Shown here: in pieces, positions 34,365-46,447 of the stretch
Numbering within the stretch: the first letter of the stretch is position 1
Layout of the letters: every line of letters starts with the position of its first letter
NCBI GenBank assembly: GCA_046597165.1
Contig: JBKJLD010000060.1
Coordinates: 1,167-65,166, forward strand
Length of the DNA stretch: 64,000 nt
Direction: 5' to 3'
From: Nocardioides sp.
GTDB taxonomy: Bacteria > Actinomycetota > Actinomycetes > Propionibacteriales > Nocardioidaceae
The notes under the pieces: generated by a model
What the model was told of the DNA's origin: nothing
Database searches by the model: none
What the model saw: only the letters and a program-made list of their open reading frames with translations
Translations under genes and position numbers: made by a program

Positions 34365-35123
34365 ATGTTCGACGCGATCCGCGACGCCGCGAGCGACCTG
34401 CTGCTCGGTGGGAGCTGTCTCGGGTGCGCGACACCCGGAAGGCTCCTGTGTCGGGCCTGCTCCGCGGCGCTGCCGCAGGGGGCCCGGCCCTGCTGGCCGA
34501 CCCCGTCGCCGCCGGGGCTGGCAGAGCCGTGGGCGGCCGCGGAGTACGCCGGCGTGGTGCGCAACCTGGTCGTGGGGCACAAGGAGCACCGGCTGCTGGC
34601 CCTGGGAGACCCCCTCGGTCGTTTGCTGGCCCAGGCGGTGGCGGCGGGCGCACCATCCGGTCCGGTCGTGCTGGTACCGGTCCCCTCGCGTCGGAGCAGC
34701 GTGCGCGCCCGAGGGCACGACCCCACCCACAGCCTCACCCTGCGCGCGGCCGGCTCGCTGCGCGAGCAGGGGCTGGACGTGGTCGTGCTGCGGATGCTGG
34801 TCCCGCGGGCAGGAGTCCTCGACCAGGCTGGGCTCGACGCGGGGGAGCGGGCCGCCAACCTCGCCGGCTCCCTGTGGTGTCCCGTCACCGGGCTCCGCCG
34901 GCTGCGCGGTCTGCGGCACCGGGCGAGCGTGGTGGTGTGTGACGACGTGATCACGACCGGGTCGAGCGCGCGCGAGGCCCAGCGCGCCCTCGAGGACGTC
35001 GGGCTGCCGGTCGTCGCGATCGCGGCGGTCGCCGCCACCCGCAGGCGGCTCCCGGAGGGTCACCCTTCGAGACACAGCGAATCTTCAGCCCTTCGGCTTT
35101 CGCCCGGGGGCCCGACCCATTAG
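34365..35123 (+). CDS. comF: ComF family phosphoribosyltransferase-domain protein
   Basis: CLGC..CRAC zinc motif, VPVPS..RG, DQAGL and DDVITTGSS. Confidence 0.88.
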   Translation: MFDAIRDAASDLLLGGSCLGCATPGRLLCRACSAALPQGARPCWPTPSPPGLAEPWAAAEYAGVVRNLVVGHKEHRLLALGDPLGRLLAQAVAAGAPSGPVVLVPVPSRRSSVRARGHDPTHSLTLRAAGSLREQGLDVVVLRMLVPRAGVLDQAGLDAGERAANLAGSLWCPVTGLRRLRGLRHRASVVVCDDVITTGSSAREAQRALEDVGLPVVAIAAVAATRRRLPEGHPSRHSESSALRLSPGGPTH

Positions 35124-35126
35124 CGT
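35121..35126 (+). promoter_or_regulatory. Candidate -10 element for raiA RNA
   Basis: TAGCGT overlaps the comF stop and ends 8 nt before the 5' strand of the RNA closing stem; same TAnnnT form as other promoters in this window. Confidence 0.55.
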
Positions 35127-35134
35127 CACTACAT

Positions 35135-35435
35135 GGAGTCCGTTCGGGTCCGTGGTTGCGTCGTCGAGACGCCCAGCGCAAGCCGGGTGTGCCGCCGACA
35201 AGCCGATGCCAGTCGCAGGCGAAACGGTCCACGTAAGGCTGGGCACGGGGGCATTCCCCCCGTGTGCCCCCCCAACGGGGGGAAGCCGATCACGGTGCGG
35301 CTTAGACGTAAGTCCTGCCTCGGCCTCGCCGTCAGACACGGCGTACGTCGGGAGAAGGGCAGTAGTGGCGGAGAAGCTGCGAACCCCTCTGCAGGCGATT
35401 GTGGGGTCGAAGACCAGGTCGGCCGGGCGGGCTCC
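35135..35435 (+). ncRNA. raiA motif structured RNA
   Basis: Between comF and hpf/raiA. Blocks GTCCGTGGTTG, GATGCCAGTCGCAGGC, CCACGTAAG, GGTGCGGCTTAGACGTAAGTCCTGCC, GGCAGTAGTG and GCAGGCGATTGTGGGGTCGAAGACCAGGTC match my recollection of the raiA consensus; 13-bp closing stem 35135-35147/35423-35435. Confidence 0.9.
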
Positions 35436-35554
35436 ATCCTCTTCGAGCACCACCGCGTCACCGGGTCTTCCATGACCCGGGCCGGTGGCCTGCGCCGTCG
35501 CGCGCGCTCGGGGAGCTGACACAAGGGAAACCAACTGTTCAACGGGAGGTTCAC

Positions 35555-36178
35555 ATGGAAGTTGTGGTCACAGGTCGACACTGCGAGTTGTCCGATCGCT
35601 TTCGCAGCCACGTCGAGGAGAAGCTGTCCCGACTCGAGAAGCACGACCACCGCATCATCCGGGTCCAGGTCGAGGTCGAGGTCGAGGCCAACCCGCGCCA
35701 GCACGACCGCGCGGTCTGTCTCGAGCTGACGGCGTTCTCCAAGGGCCCGGTGATCCGGGCCGAGGCGGCCGCCGCGGACAAGATGGCGGCGCTGGATCTC
35801 GCCCTGGACAAGATGGCCTCCCAGATGCGCCGAGCGGCCGACCGAAGGCGGGTGCACCACGGTCGGCACACGCCGGTGTCGGTGGGCCAGGCGCTCGCCG
35901 ATGCGCCTCCCGGTAGCTCGGTCGACGACGACAACGAGCTCGTCACCGAGCGTCAGGTCGGCCCGATCACCGTCACTGGCGACGGGCCCCTGGTGGTGCG
36001 CGAGAAGACGCATCCGGCCAACCCGATGACCCTGGACCAGGCTCTCTACGAGATGGAGCTCGTGGGCCACGACTTCTACCTGTTCGTCGACAAGGAGAAC
36101 GACCGTCCGGCCGTGGTCTACCGCCGCCGGGGCTACGACTACGGCGTCATCTCGCTCGATCTCGGCAGCGGCGACTGA
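35555..36178 (+). CDS. hpf: Ribosome hibernation promoting factor, long HPF (RaiA/S30AE)
   Basis: VTGRH..HVEEKL and C-terminal PMTLDQALYEMELVGHDFYLF..VYRRRGYDYG; GGGAGG RBS. Confidence 0.95.
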   Translation: MEVVVTGRHCELSDRFRSHVEEKLSRLEKHDHRIIRVQVEVEVEANPRQHDRAVCLELTAFSKGPVIRAEAAAADKMAALDLALDKMASQMRRAADRRRVHHGRHTPVSVGQALADAPPGSSVDDDNELVTERQVGPITVTGDGPLVVREKTHPANPMTLDQALYEMELVGHDFYLFVDKENDRPAVVYRRRGYDYGVISLDLGSGD

Positions 36179-36214
36179 GTCGCAGCGACTCGCGCCGCAA
36201 CGTCTGCGTGCCGT

Positions 36215-36242
36215 GTGGGGTGGCCCGAACGGGCCACCCCAC
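36215..36242 (+). terminator. Stem-loop after hpf
   Basis: Perfect inverted repeat GTGGGGTGGCCCG-AA-CGGGCCACCCCAC. Confidence 0.7.
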
Positions 36243-36301
36243 CACGCGTTTCACCGCCCACCTGGGCGGCGGGCGAAGCCCGTTCGTGTCATGATGCGGG
36301 G

Positions 36302-36985
36302 GTGGCCGAACAGATGAACGAAACGGACGCCGAGCCGATCCGTGTCCTCGTCGTCGACGACCAGGAGCTCTTCCGTCGAGGCCTGACCATGCTTCTCTCG
36401 GTCGAGGCCGGCATCGAGGTCATCGGCGAGGCGGGTGACGGCCTCGAGGGGACCACGCTGGCCACGACCATGGCACCCGACGTCGTGCTGCTCGACATCC
36501 GGATGCCGAAGCGCTCCGGGATCGAGGCCTGCCTGGCCATCAAGGAGGCCGTGCCCTCGGCCAAGATCATCATGCTCACCGTCTCCGACGAGGAGGCCGA
36601 CCTCTACGAGGCCGTCAAGAGCGGTGCCGCCGGCTACCTCCTCAAGGACTCCTCCATCGAGGAGGTCGCGCACGCGGTCCGCCTCGTCGCCGACGGCCAG
36701 TCCCTGATCTCCCCGTCGATGGCGGTCAAGCTGATCGACGAGTTCAAGCAGATGTCGCGCCCCGAGCGCGACCACGTCCCCGGTCTGCGCCTGACCGAGC
36801 GCGAGCTCGAGGTGCTCCGCCTGGTCGCCAAGGGGATGAACAACCGGGAGATCGCGCGGGCATTGTTCATCAGCGAGAACACCGTGAAGAACCACGTCCG
36901 CAACATCCTCGAGAAGCTGCAGCTGCACTCCCGGATGGAGGCCGTGATGTACGCCGTCAAGGAAAAGCTGCTGGATCTCCCGTGA
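36302..36985 (+). CDS. Orphan NarL/LuxR-family response regulator
   Basis: VVDDQELFRRG, LLDIRMP and LTERELEVL..NTVKNHVRNILEKL. Confidence 0.92.
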   Translation: MAEQMNETDAEPIRVLVVDDQELFRRGLTMLLSVEAGIEVIGEAGDGLEGTTLATTMAPDVVLLDIRMPKRSGIEACLAIKEAVPSAKIIMLTVSDEEADLYEAVKSGAAGYLLKDSSIEEVAHAVRLVADGQSLISPSMAVKLIDEFKQMSRPERDHVPGLRLTERELEVLRLVAKGMNNREIARALFISENTVKNHVRNILEKLQLHSRMEAVMYAVKEKLLDLP

Positions 36986-36998
36986 CCCCCACGGATCG

Positions 36999-38186
36999 TT
37001 GACTCCTCGAGATCTGAGCCGACCCCAGGCGCGCCGCATCGCACTGGCGGCCCAGGGATTCGCCGACGTCCGGCACGCGACTGCGACCATGCGCACCTTC
37101 CAGCGCACGCTCGACCGGACCGGGGTGCTCCAGGTCGACTCGGTCAATGTCCTGCAACGCGCGCACTACATGCCGCTCTACTCGCGGATGGGTGCCTACG
37201 ACACCGACCTGCTGCGTCGGGCCTCGCAGGGGCGTTCGCGCCGGCTGGTCGAGTACTGGGCCCACGTCCAGGCGTTCATGCCGGTCGAGCTGTGGCCGCA
37301 CATGCAGCACCGGATGGCGACGTACCGCGCCCGCCGGGGCAAGTGGCGGGTCCTGGCCGAGAACCCCGAGCTCGAGGCGTCCCTGCTCGCCGAGATCCGC
37401 GACGTCGGTGCCGCCACAGCGCGTGACCTCGACGACGGGCTCCCGCGCACGAAGGAGCACTGGGGCTGGAACTGGTCCACCTCACGGCAGGTGCTCGACT
37501 ACCTCTACACCGTCGGTGATCTCGCCATCGCAGGGCGCAACAGCCAGTTCGAGGTGCTCTACGACCTCCCGGAGCGGGTGCTCCCGGCCGAGGTGCTGGC
37601 GCTCCCGACCCCCAGTCCGGAGCAGGCGCACCTCGAGCTGGTCCGCAGGGCCGCGCGTTCGCACGGCGTGGCCACGGCCCGCAGCCTGCAGGACTACTAC
37701 CGGATGCACGTCGACCAGGCGCGCCCAGCGATCGCAACCCTGGTGGAAGCCGGCGAGCTGCTGCCCGTCTCGATCGAGGGATGGCCGCGGCCGGCCTACC
37801 TCCACCGCGACGCTCGGCTGCCGCGGTGGGTGCGGGCTCGGGCGCTGCTCAGCCCGTTCGACCCGGTCGTGTGGGAGCGCTCGCGTGCCGAGGCGCTCTT
37901 CGACTTCCACTACCGGATCGAGATCTACGTGCCCGCCCCCCAGCGGGTGCACGGCTACTACGTGCTGCCGTTCCTGCTCGGTGACCGGATCGTGGCGCGC
38001 GTCGACCTCAAGGCGGACCGTCCCGGCGGTCGCCTGCTGGTCAAGGCGGCGTACGCCGAACGGGGTGCGCCGGACGAGACGGCCGAGGAGCTGAGCGCAG
38101 AGCTGGTCGACCTGGCGGGGTGGCTGGGGCTGTCAGCGATCACCGTCGAGCCCCGGGGGGACCTGGCGCCGGCGCTGCGCTGGTGA
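36999..38186 (+). CDS. YcaQ/AlkZ-like (HTH_42) DNA cross-link glycosylase family protein
   Basis: ARRIALAAQG, LQVDSVNV..RAH, EYWAH, LLSPFD and YRIEIY. Confidence 0.87.
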   Translation: MTPRDLSRPQARRIALAAQGFADVRHATATMRTFQRTLDRTGVLQVDSVNVLQRAHYMPLYSRMGAYDTDLLRRASQGRSRRLVEYWAHVQAFMPVELWPHMQHRMATYRARRGKWRVLAENPELEASLLAEIRDVGAATARDLDDGLPRTKEHWGWNWSTSRQVLDYLYTVGDLAIAGRNSQFEVLYDLPERVLPAEVLALPTPSPEQAHLELVRRAARSHGVATARSLQDYYRMHVDQARPAIATLVEAGELLPVSIEGWPRPAYLHRDARLPRWVRARALLSPFDPVVWERSRAEALFDFHYRIEIYVPAPQRVHGYYVLPFLLGDRIVARVDLKADRPGGRLLVKAAYAERGAPDETAEELSAELVDLAGWLGLSAITVEPRGDLAPALRW

Positions 38187-38269
38187 CGCTGCCGGCGATA
38201 CTCGGTTAGGGCGGGCTCCACCCGCTGGGTAGAGTGGCGCCGCCGTCCATTTCTAGGAGTTACGCCGCC

Positions 38270-41068
<2,799 letters not shown>

Positions 41069-41086
41069 CGGGGCCGCCGGGCGTGG

Positions 41087-41118
41087 GCGCGCTCGAGCTC
41101 AGCCGAACTCGAGCGCGC
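41087..41118. terminator. Inverted repeat at convergent secA/Rv3235 junction
   Basis: GCGCGCTCGAG (41087-41097) and CTCGAGCGCGC (41108-41118). Confidence 0.55.
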
Positions 41119-41608
41119 TGCACTGCCAGCGGTCCTGACGCAGCTCGAACCGGGCTGCCAACGCGCGAGAACGGCGGCCGTAGCGCACGTGCACGCTGAC
41201 TTCGACCACCTCGCTGGACAGCAAGCAGCTCCGGACGCTCTGCACCACCGGGCGCACCGGCTGCACTCGACTCTGACCGGGTCGGTGACCGCCCGCCCGG
41301 GCCACGAGTCGCGCCCGGTGGGCCAGGTCGTCGTACACCTCGTGGGTCGACCACCGCAGCAGCTGCGAGACGGGGCGGTCGCCGCCCACTATCTCGACGG
41401 CCGCCTGGGCGTAACGGTGCGCCCACTGCTCGACCTGGCGGCGCACCCGGAGGTCGATCGGCAGCGCCGCCCCCGCAGGATGGGGCGCGAGGGCTACGGG
41501 TGCGGGCGGGTCCCGGCGCGGCTCGAGGTCGAGGGCGAGGGTCCCCTGGACGCTGGCGACCGGGACGGGCACCCGAAGCGGGACCACCCTCTCGTGGAAC
41601 GGTGACAT
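41099..41608 (-). CDS. Rv3235 family protein
   Basis: EIVGGDRPVSQLLRW and RSRALAARFE..W.C.ALE. Confidence 0.85.
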   Translation of the reverse strand: MSPFHERVVPLRVPVPVASVQGTLALDLEPRRDPPAPVALAPHPAGAALPIDLRVRRQVEQWAHRYAQAAVEIVGGDRPVSQLLRWSTHEVYDDLAHRARLVARAGGHRPGQSRVQPVRPVVQSVRSCLLSSEVVEVSVHVRYGRRSRALAARFELRQDRWQCSALEFG

Positions 41609-41630
41609 CCGAAACTCCTTTCGTGGCGGC

Positions 41631-42269
41631 TCAGCGCGGCGGCAGGTGCAGCCGCAGACCGGGCAGGATCAGGTCGGGGTCAGCCCCGACCGCTTGGCGG
41701 TTGGTCTCGTAGATCCGGTGCCAACGGGCGGCCACCGCGGCGGTGTCAGTGGGGTCCGGCACCTGGGCCGCGGCGATCGACCAGAGCGACTCGCCGGGGC
41801 GGACGACGTGGGTGCGGGTGCCGCGAGGGGCTCCGGCCGGGCGGTCGGGCAGCGGGAGACCCCGGACCGACGTGGTCTCGGCGGGGTGTCCGCCCCGGTC
41901 CTGATGGAGCTGGCCCGGGGTGGCGAGCGCCGGACCGGCGACGCTGCCGGCCAGAGCCACGCCGCAGGCCGCGAGGACCAGGCGCCGCCAGGGCGCAGGG
42001 ACTCCGCGCAGCGCTGGGCGTGGTCGGCCGGCGGCGGTCAGGGCCACCAGCGAGGTGACCACCCACAGCCAGACACTTCCCAGCAGCGCGGTGACCGTGC
42101 ACAGCCAGACCAGGAGCCTCTCGAATGGCTGCTCGGCCATCGTGGGCAGGCCGGCTCGCGCCTCGACCAGCCCGGGCCACAGCCACGTGGTGAGCGCTGC
42201 CAGGGCCGCGGTGGCGGCGAGCCACACCGCGAGGCACCGGGCGGGCCCGAGGAGACGGTGGTCTTTCAT
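41631..42269 (-). CDS. Membrane protein with C-terminal LysM domain
   Basis: TM segments followed by HVVRPGESLWSIA..IYETNR..DPDLILPG. Confidence 0.85.
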   Translation of the reverse strand: MKDHRLLGPARCLAVWLAATAALAALTTWLWPGLVEARAGLPTMAEQPFERLLVWLCTVTALLGSVWLWVVTSLVALTAAGRPRPALRGVPAPWRRLVLAACGVALAGSVAGPALATPGQLHQDRGGHPAETTSVRGLPLPDRPAGAPRGTRTHVVRPGESLWSIAAAQVPDPTDTAAVAARWHRIYETNRQAVGADPDLILPGLRLHLPPR

Positions 42270-42416
42270 CCGAGATCCTTGCGTTTACGACTGTTTGCGT
42301 CAGTCAACGTCTTTTTATCGCACGCGTCAACCCGTTCTCCCCAGGTGGCGGCCCGGCGCCGAGCCATGGCAGGGTCGGCCCATGAGATGCGCGGCGCGGG
42401 GCTCCGGGGCCGTCCG

Positions 42417-42947
42417 ATGAGCTGGGAGGACGACCTCTTCGCGCTCTTCGATGACCTGGAGTCGCAGGCTGGAGCGCTCTATGACGCGGAGCGGGGCCCC
42501 GAGCTGGCCGATCGCAGCCGGAGCGCCTACCAGGACGTGACGCTGGCCAGCCGGCTGATGGCCTCGGCCGGGCGCGCGCTCGAGCTGGAGGTCGTGGGGG
42601 TTGGCCGCGTCACCGGCTCGCTCGAGCGGGTGGGAGTGGGCTGGTGCCTGGTGCGTGGTGCCGCCCAGGACTGGGTGCTGCGGACCGGGGCGATCGCGCT
42701 GGTCAGTGGCGCCTCGGAGCGCTCGGTGCCCGAGGTGGCCTGGTCCCCGGTGGCGAAACTTGGGCTCGGCTCCGTGCTACGGCGCCTGGCGGACGCGGGC
42801 GAGCGCTGCGTGGTCCACCGAGTCGATGGCTCGGCGCACGAGGCGCTGCTGCGCCGCGTGGGCGCGGACTTCGTCCAGGTCGAGGGACCGCGCGGGGCAC
42901 ACCTGGTCGCCTTCGACGCGCTGGCGGCGGTCCAGAGCCGCGACTGA
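42417..42947 (+). CDS. Conserved actinobacterial hypothetical protein
   Basis: MSWEDDLFALFDDLESQA start; coding-like GC3 bias. Confidence 0.7.
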   Translation: MSWEDDLFALFDDLESQAGALYDAERGPELADRSRSAYQDVTLASRLMASAGRALELEVVGVGRVTGSLERVGVGWCLVRGAAQDWVLRTGAIALVSGASERSVPEVAWSPVAKLGLGSVLRRLADAGERCVVHRVDGSAHEALLRRVGADFVQVEGPRGAHLVAFDALAAVQSRD

Positions 42948-42961
42948 GCGGCCCGGCGGGC

Positions 42962-43294
42962 TCAGGTGGCGTCGGCGTCGTACGGCGGGATCTCGCCCTC
43001 GTCGAGCGGGCGCAGTCCGCGGCGCTTCGGGGTGGCGTCCTGCTCGGCGTCCTCCATCGCCTCGGCGATGTGCTTGCGCACGATGGTGCGGGGGTCCAGG
43101 TCACGCAACTCGAGGTCGGAGTACTCCGGACCGAGCTCGGCGCGCAGCTCGTCGCGCGCCGCATCGGCGAAGGAGCGGAGCTTGCGCACCATCTGACCTG
43201 CCTGGCGCGCCAGGTCGGGCAGCCGGTCGGGACCGAACACGAGCACGGCGACGAAGGCGATGACCGCCATCTCCGGCAAACCGACCCCGAACAC
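42962..43294 (-). CDS. tatB: Sec-independent translocase TatB
   Basis: MFGVGLPE..VFGPDRLP, and PPYDADAT C-terminus. Confidence 0.85.
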   Translation of the reverse strand: MFGVGLPEMAVIAFVAVLVFGPDRLPDLARQAGQMVRKLRSFADAARDELRAELGPEYSDLELRDLDPRTIVRKHIAEAMEDAEQDATPKRRGLRPLDEGEIPPYDADAT

Positions 43295-43297
43295 GGA

Positions 43298-44452
43298 TCA
43301 GAACTTACTGGTGGGGGTCAGGCCGAGCTGCATGCCGGCCAGCCCGCGGCCGCGGCCGGAGAGCTGGGCAGCGATCTCGAGCAGCACCAGGGCAGCAGGG
43401 GCAGTGGGGTCGGAGTCGACGATCGGCTTGCCGGCGTCGCCCCCCTCGCGCAACGAGGTGTCGAGCGGGACCCGACCCAGGACGGGGACGTCGTAGCCGA
43501 AGCGGGTCGACAGGGTGCCGGCGACCCGGTCGCCACCGCCGGTCCCGAAGATCTCCAGCCGATGCTCCGGACCGCAGTGCGGGCAGGGCAGGAAGCTCAT
43601 GTTCTCGACCACGCCGACCACGCGCTGGTGCATCATCGAGGCCATCGTGCCGGCCCGTTCAGCCACCTCGGCCGCGGCCTCCTGGGGGGTGGTCACGACC
43701 ACGACCTCGGCGCCGGGCAGGTGCTGGCCCAGGGAGATGGCGACATCGCCGGTGCCAGGGGGGAGGTCGAGCAGGAGCACGTCGAGGTCGCCCCAATAGA
43801 CGTCGGAGAGCATCTGGACCAGCGCGCGGTCGAGCATCGGCCCACGCCAGGCGACCACCTGGTCGCGTCGTGGCTTGAGCATGCCGATCGAGATCACCGA
43901 GACGCCCGAGGAGGTCGGGACGGGCATGATCAGGTCGTCGACCTGGGTGGGACGGGTGTCGGCGATGCCCAGCATGGCGGGGACCGAGTGGCCGTAGATG
44001 TCGGCGTCGACGATCCCGACCTTGAGGCCCTGCTTGGCCATCGCCAGGGCGAGGTTGACGGTGACCGACGACTTGCCGACCCCGCCCTTGCCGCTGGCGA
44101 TCGCGAAGACCTTGGTGAGCGAGCCGGCCTGGGCGAACGGGATCTCGCGCTGGGCCTGGCCGCCGCGCAGCAGCTCCTGGAGACCCGAGCGCTGCTCGGC
44201 GCTCATCACCCCCAGCGTGAGGTCGACGCCGCTCACCCCGGGAACCGCCTCGACGGCGCCGGTGACGTCCCGGGTGATGGTGTCCTTCAGCGGGCAGCCG
44301 GAGACGGTGAGCAGGACGGTGACCCGCACCAGCCCCGCCTCGTCGATCTCGACGGACTCGACCATCCCGATCTCGGTGATGGGTCGCTTGATCTCGGGGT
44401 CGTTGACGGTCGCGAGGGCGGCGTTGACCTGGTCAAGAGTGGGGGTGCTCAT
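43298..44452 (-). CDS. mrp: Mrp/NBP35 Fe-S cluster carrier ATPase
   Basis: SGKGGVGKSS, DADIYG, WRGPM, DLPPGTGD and ENMS..CPHC. Confidence 0.93.
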   Translation of the reverse strand: MSTPTLDQVNAALATVNDPEIKRPITEIGMVESVEIDEAGLVRVTVLLTVSGCPLKDTITRDVTGAVEAVPGVSGVDLTLGVMSAEQRSGLQELLRGGQAQREIPFAQAGSLTKVFAIASGKGGVGKSSVTVNLALAMAKQGLKVGIVDADIYGHSVPAMLGIADTRPTQVDDLIMPVPTSSGVSVISIGMLKPRRDQVVAWRGPMLDRALVQMLSDVYWGDLDVLLLDLPPGTGDVAISLGQHLPGAEVVVVTTPQEAAAEVAERAGTMASMMHQRVVGVVENMSFLPCPHCGPEHRLEIFGTGGGDRVAGTLSTRFGYDVPVLGRVPLDTSLREGGDAGKPIVDSDPTAPAALVLLEIAAQLSGRGRGLAGMQLGLTPTSKF

Positions 44453-44513
44453 GATGACGAAGCCTAGTTGGTGGTACCGAGCCGGACCGCTGCGGGCGGG
44501 GGTGATCCTCCGC

Positions 44514-45038
44514 TCAGGGCGCCTGGGGGCTGTCCAGCTCGTCGCTGGCCCGGGCCCGCTCGTCGAGATCTCCGAGCAGCGAACGGAGCTCGGAACGCAG
44601 GAAGTCGCGGGTGGCGACCTCGCCGACGGCCATCCGCAGCGAGGCGACCTCGCGGGCCAGGAACTCCATGTCCGCGTGGGCACGGGCGTTGGCCTGGCGG
44701 TCCTGCTCGGCGATCACCTTGTCGCGGGTCTCCTGCCGGTTCTGCGCCAGCAGGATCAGGGGGGCGGCGTACGACGCCTGGGTGGAGAAGAAGAGGTTCA
44801 GCAGGATGAATGGATAGGGGTCCCAGTGCAGCCCGAAGAGGCCCACCAGGTTGATCGTCACCCAGACGATCACGAACAGCGTCATGTAGAGCAGGAAGCG
44901 GGCGGTCCCCATGAAGCGCGCGAACTGCTCAGCGAAGACGCCGAAGGTGTCGGCGTCGTACGACGGGCGCCGCACCAGGGAGCGGCGCGCCTCCTTCGGG
45001 GTGTCGAGGCGGTAGCGCGGGGCACGAGAGTCAGCCAC
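44514..45038 (-). CDS. DUF1003 membrane protein
   Basis: WDPYPFILLNLFFSTQASYAAPLILLAQNRQ. Confidence 0.9.
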   Translation of the reverse strand: MADSRAPRYRLDTPKEARRSLVRRPSYDADTFGVFAEQFARFMGTARFLLYMTLFVIVWVTINLVGLFGLHWDPYPFILLNLFFSTQASYAAPLILLAQNRQETRDKVIAEQDRQANARAHADMEFLAREVASLRMAVGEVATRDFLRSELRSLLGDLDERARASDELDSPQAP

Positions 45039-46305
45039 GTCGGACCCCCGGGTGCGGCTCACGGGACCGGATCGCCTGATCGCGCCAGTTCTCGGGCAGC
45101 ATGTGGTCGAGCAGGTCGTCCACCGTCACGGCACCCAGCAGCCGGCCGTCGTCGTCCACCACGGGAGCGACCACCAGGTTGTACGTCGCGAGGTGGGCCG
45201 CGACCTCCTCGGTCGTCGCGTCGAGGCGCAGCGGGTCCATCGACTGGTCCAGTGCCGCGGCCACCAGGGTGGACGGCGGCTCGCGCAGCAGGCGCTGGAT
45301 GTGGCCGACGCCGAGCAGCCTGCCGGTGGGGGTCTCGAGCGGCGCTCGGCAGATGAAGACCATCGCGGCGAGCGAGACGGGCAGGTCGGGGTTGCGCACG
45401 TGGGCCAGCGCGTCGGCGACTGTCGCGTCCGGACCGAGGATCACCGGCTCCGGGGTCATCATCGCGCCGGCGGTGTGCTCGGCGTACGACATGAGCCGAC
45501 GCACGTCCTCGGCCTCGTCGGGTGCCATCAGGGCCAGCAGCGTGGTCGCAGTCTCAGGCGGGAGGTCCTTGATCAGGTCGGCGGCATCGTCCGGGGACAT
45601 CTCTTCGAGGATGGCGGCGGCGCGCTCGGAGTCGAGGTGCCCCAGGATCTCGACCTGGTCCTCCTCGGGCAGCTCCTCGAGCACGTCGGCGAGCCGTTCG
45701 TCGTCGAGCGCTGCGACCACGGCCGCGCGACGCTCCTGAGGGAGGTCGTGGATCATCCGCGCCGCGTCGGCAGGCCGCATCTCGTTGAGCGCAGCGATCA
45801 GGTGGGTCGCGCCCTGGGTCTCCTCGCGACGGGTGAGCCCCTCGACGTCGCGCCACTCCACGACGTGGGTCTGGCCACGTCGCCGCAGCCCCTTGGCCGG
45901 CTCCTGGATCGCGACCCGGCTCAGCACCCAGTCGCGGGTCCGGGCCTGCTCCATCGCGACGTCGAAGACGGTGCCGCGCACGCCGGTGCTGGGGATGGTG
46001 ACAGTGCGGTCGAGCATCTGCCCGATGACCAGGGTCTCGGTCGAGCGTTGCTCGAATCGACGCATGTTGAGCAGCCCGGTCGTGTAGACCTGTCCGCTGT
46101 CGATGTTGGTCACCCTGGTCATCGGCACGAAGATCCGGCGCCGCCCGAAGACCTCGGCCACCATGCCGAGCACCCGGGGCTGGTTGACCTCGGACCGGAG
46201 GGCCACGACCAGGTCGCGCACCTTGCCGACCTGGTCGCCCTGGGGGTCGAAGATCGGCAGCCCGACGAGGCGGGCGGCGTACACGCGGGAGGGGGTGGTG
46301 CTCAC
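45031..46305 (-). CDS. PRC-barrel/MgtE_N/CBS domain protein
   Basis: DERLADVLEELPEEDQ, TAGAMMT and GAVTVDD; no TM domain. Confidence 0.85.
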   Translation of the reverse strand: MSTTPSRVYAARLVGLPIFDPQGDQVGKVRDLVVALRSEVNQPRVLGMVAEVFGRRRIFVPMTRVTNIDSGQVYTTGLLNMRRFEQRSTETLVIGQMLDRTVTIPSTGVRGTVFDVAMEQARTRDWVLSRVAIQEPAKGLRRRGQTHVVEWRDVEGLTRREETQGATHLIAALNEMRPADAARMIHDLPQERRAAVVAALDDERLADVLEELPEEDQVEILGHLDSERAAAILEEMSPDDAADLIKDLPPETATTLLALMAPDEAEDVRRLMSYAEHTAGAMMTPEPVILGPDATVADALAHVRNPDLPVSLAAMVFICRAPLETPTGRLLGVGHIQRLLREPPSTLVAAALDQSMDPLRLDATTEEVAAHLATYNLVVAPVVDDDGRLLGAVTVDDLLDHMLPENWRDQAIRSREPHPGVRRG

Positions 46306-46447
46306 GTGCCGACACGCTACCGGCCCGGTGTGCCGGCGGCACTCGATGGCGGCCGTGTCTCCCGGACGGCTCTCGTCGCGGCGGCGCCCGGCTGGAGGTC
46401 GGTTAACATGAGGGATCCCTTGTTGATCAGTGCCGGAGGCTGGCCGA

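Noticed and set aside
30096-35038. Very long reverse-strand ORFs (819 aa and 848 aa)
   Set aside because: Antisense shadows of mtrAB-lpqB-comF caused by high GC3; no recognisable motifs
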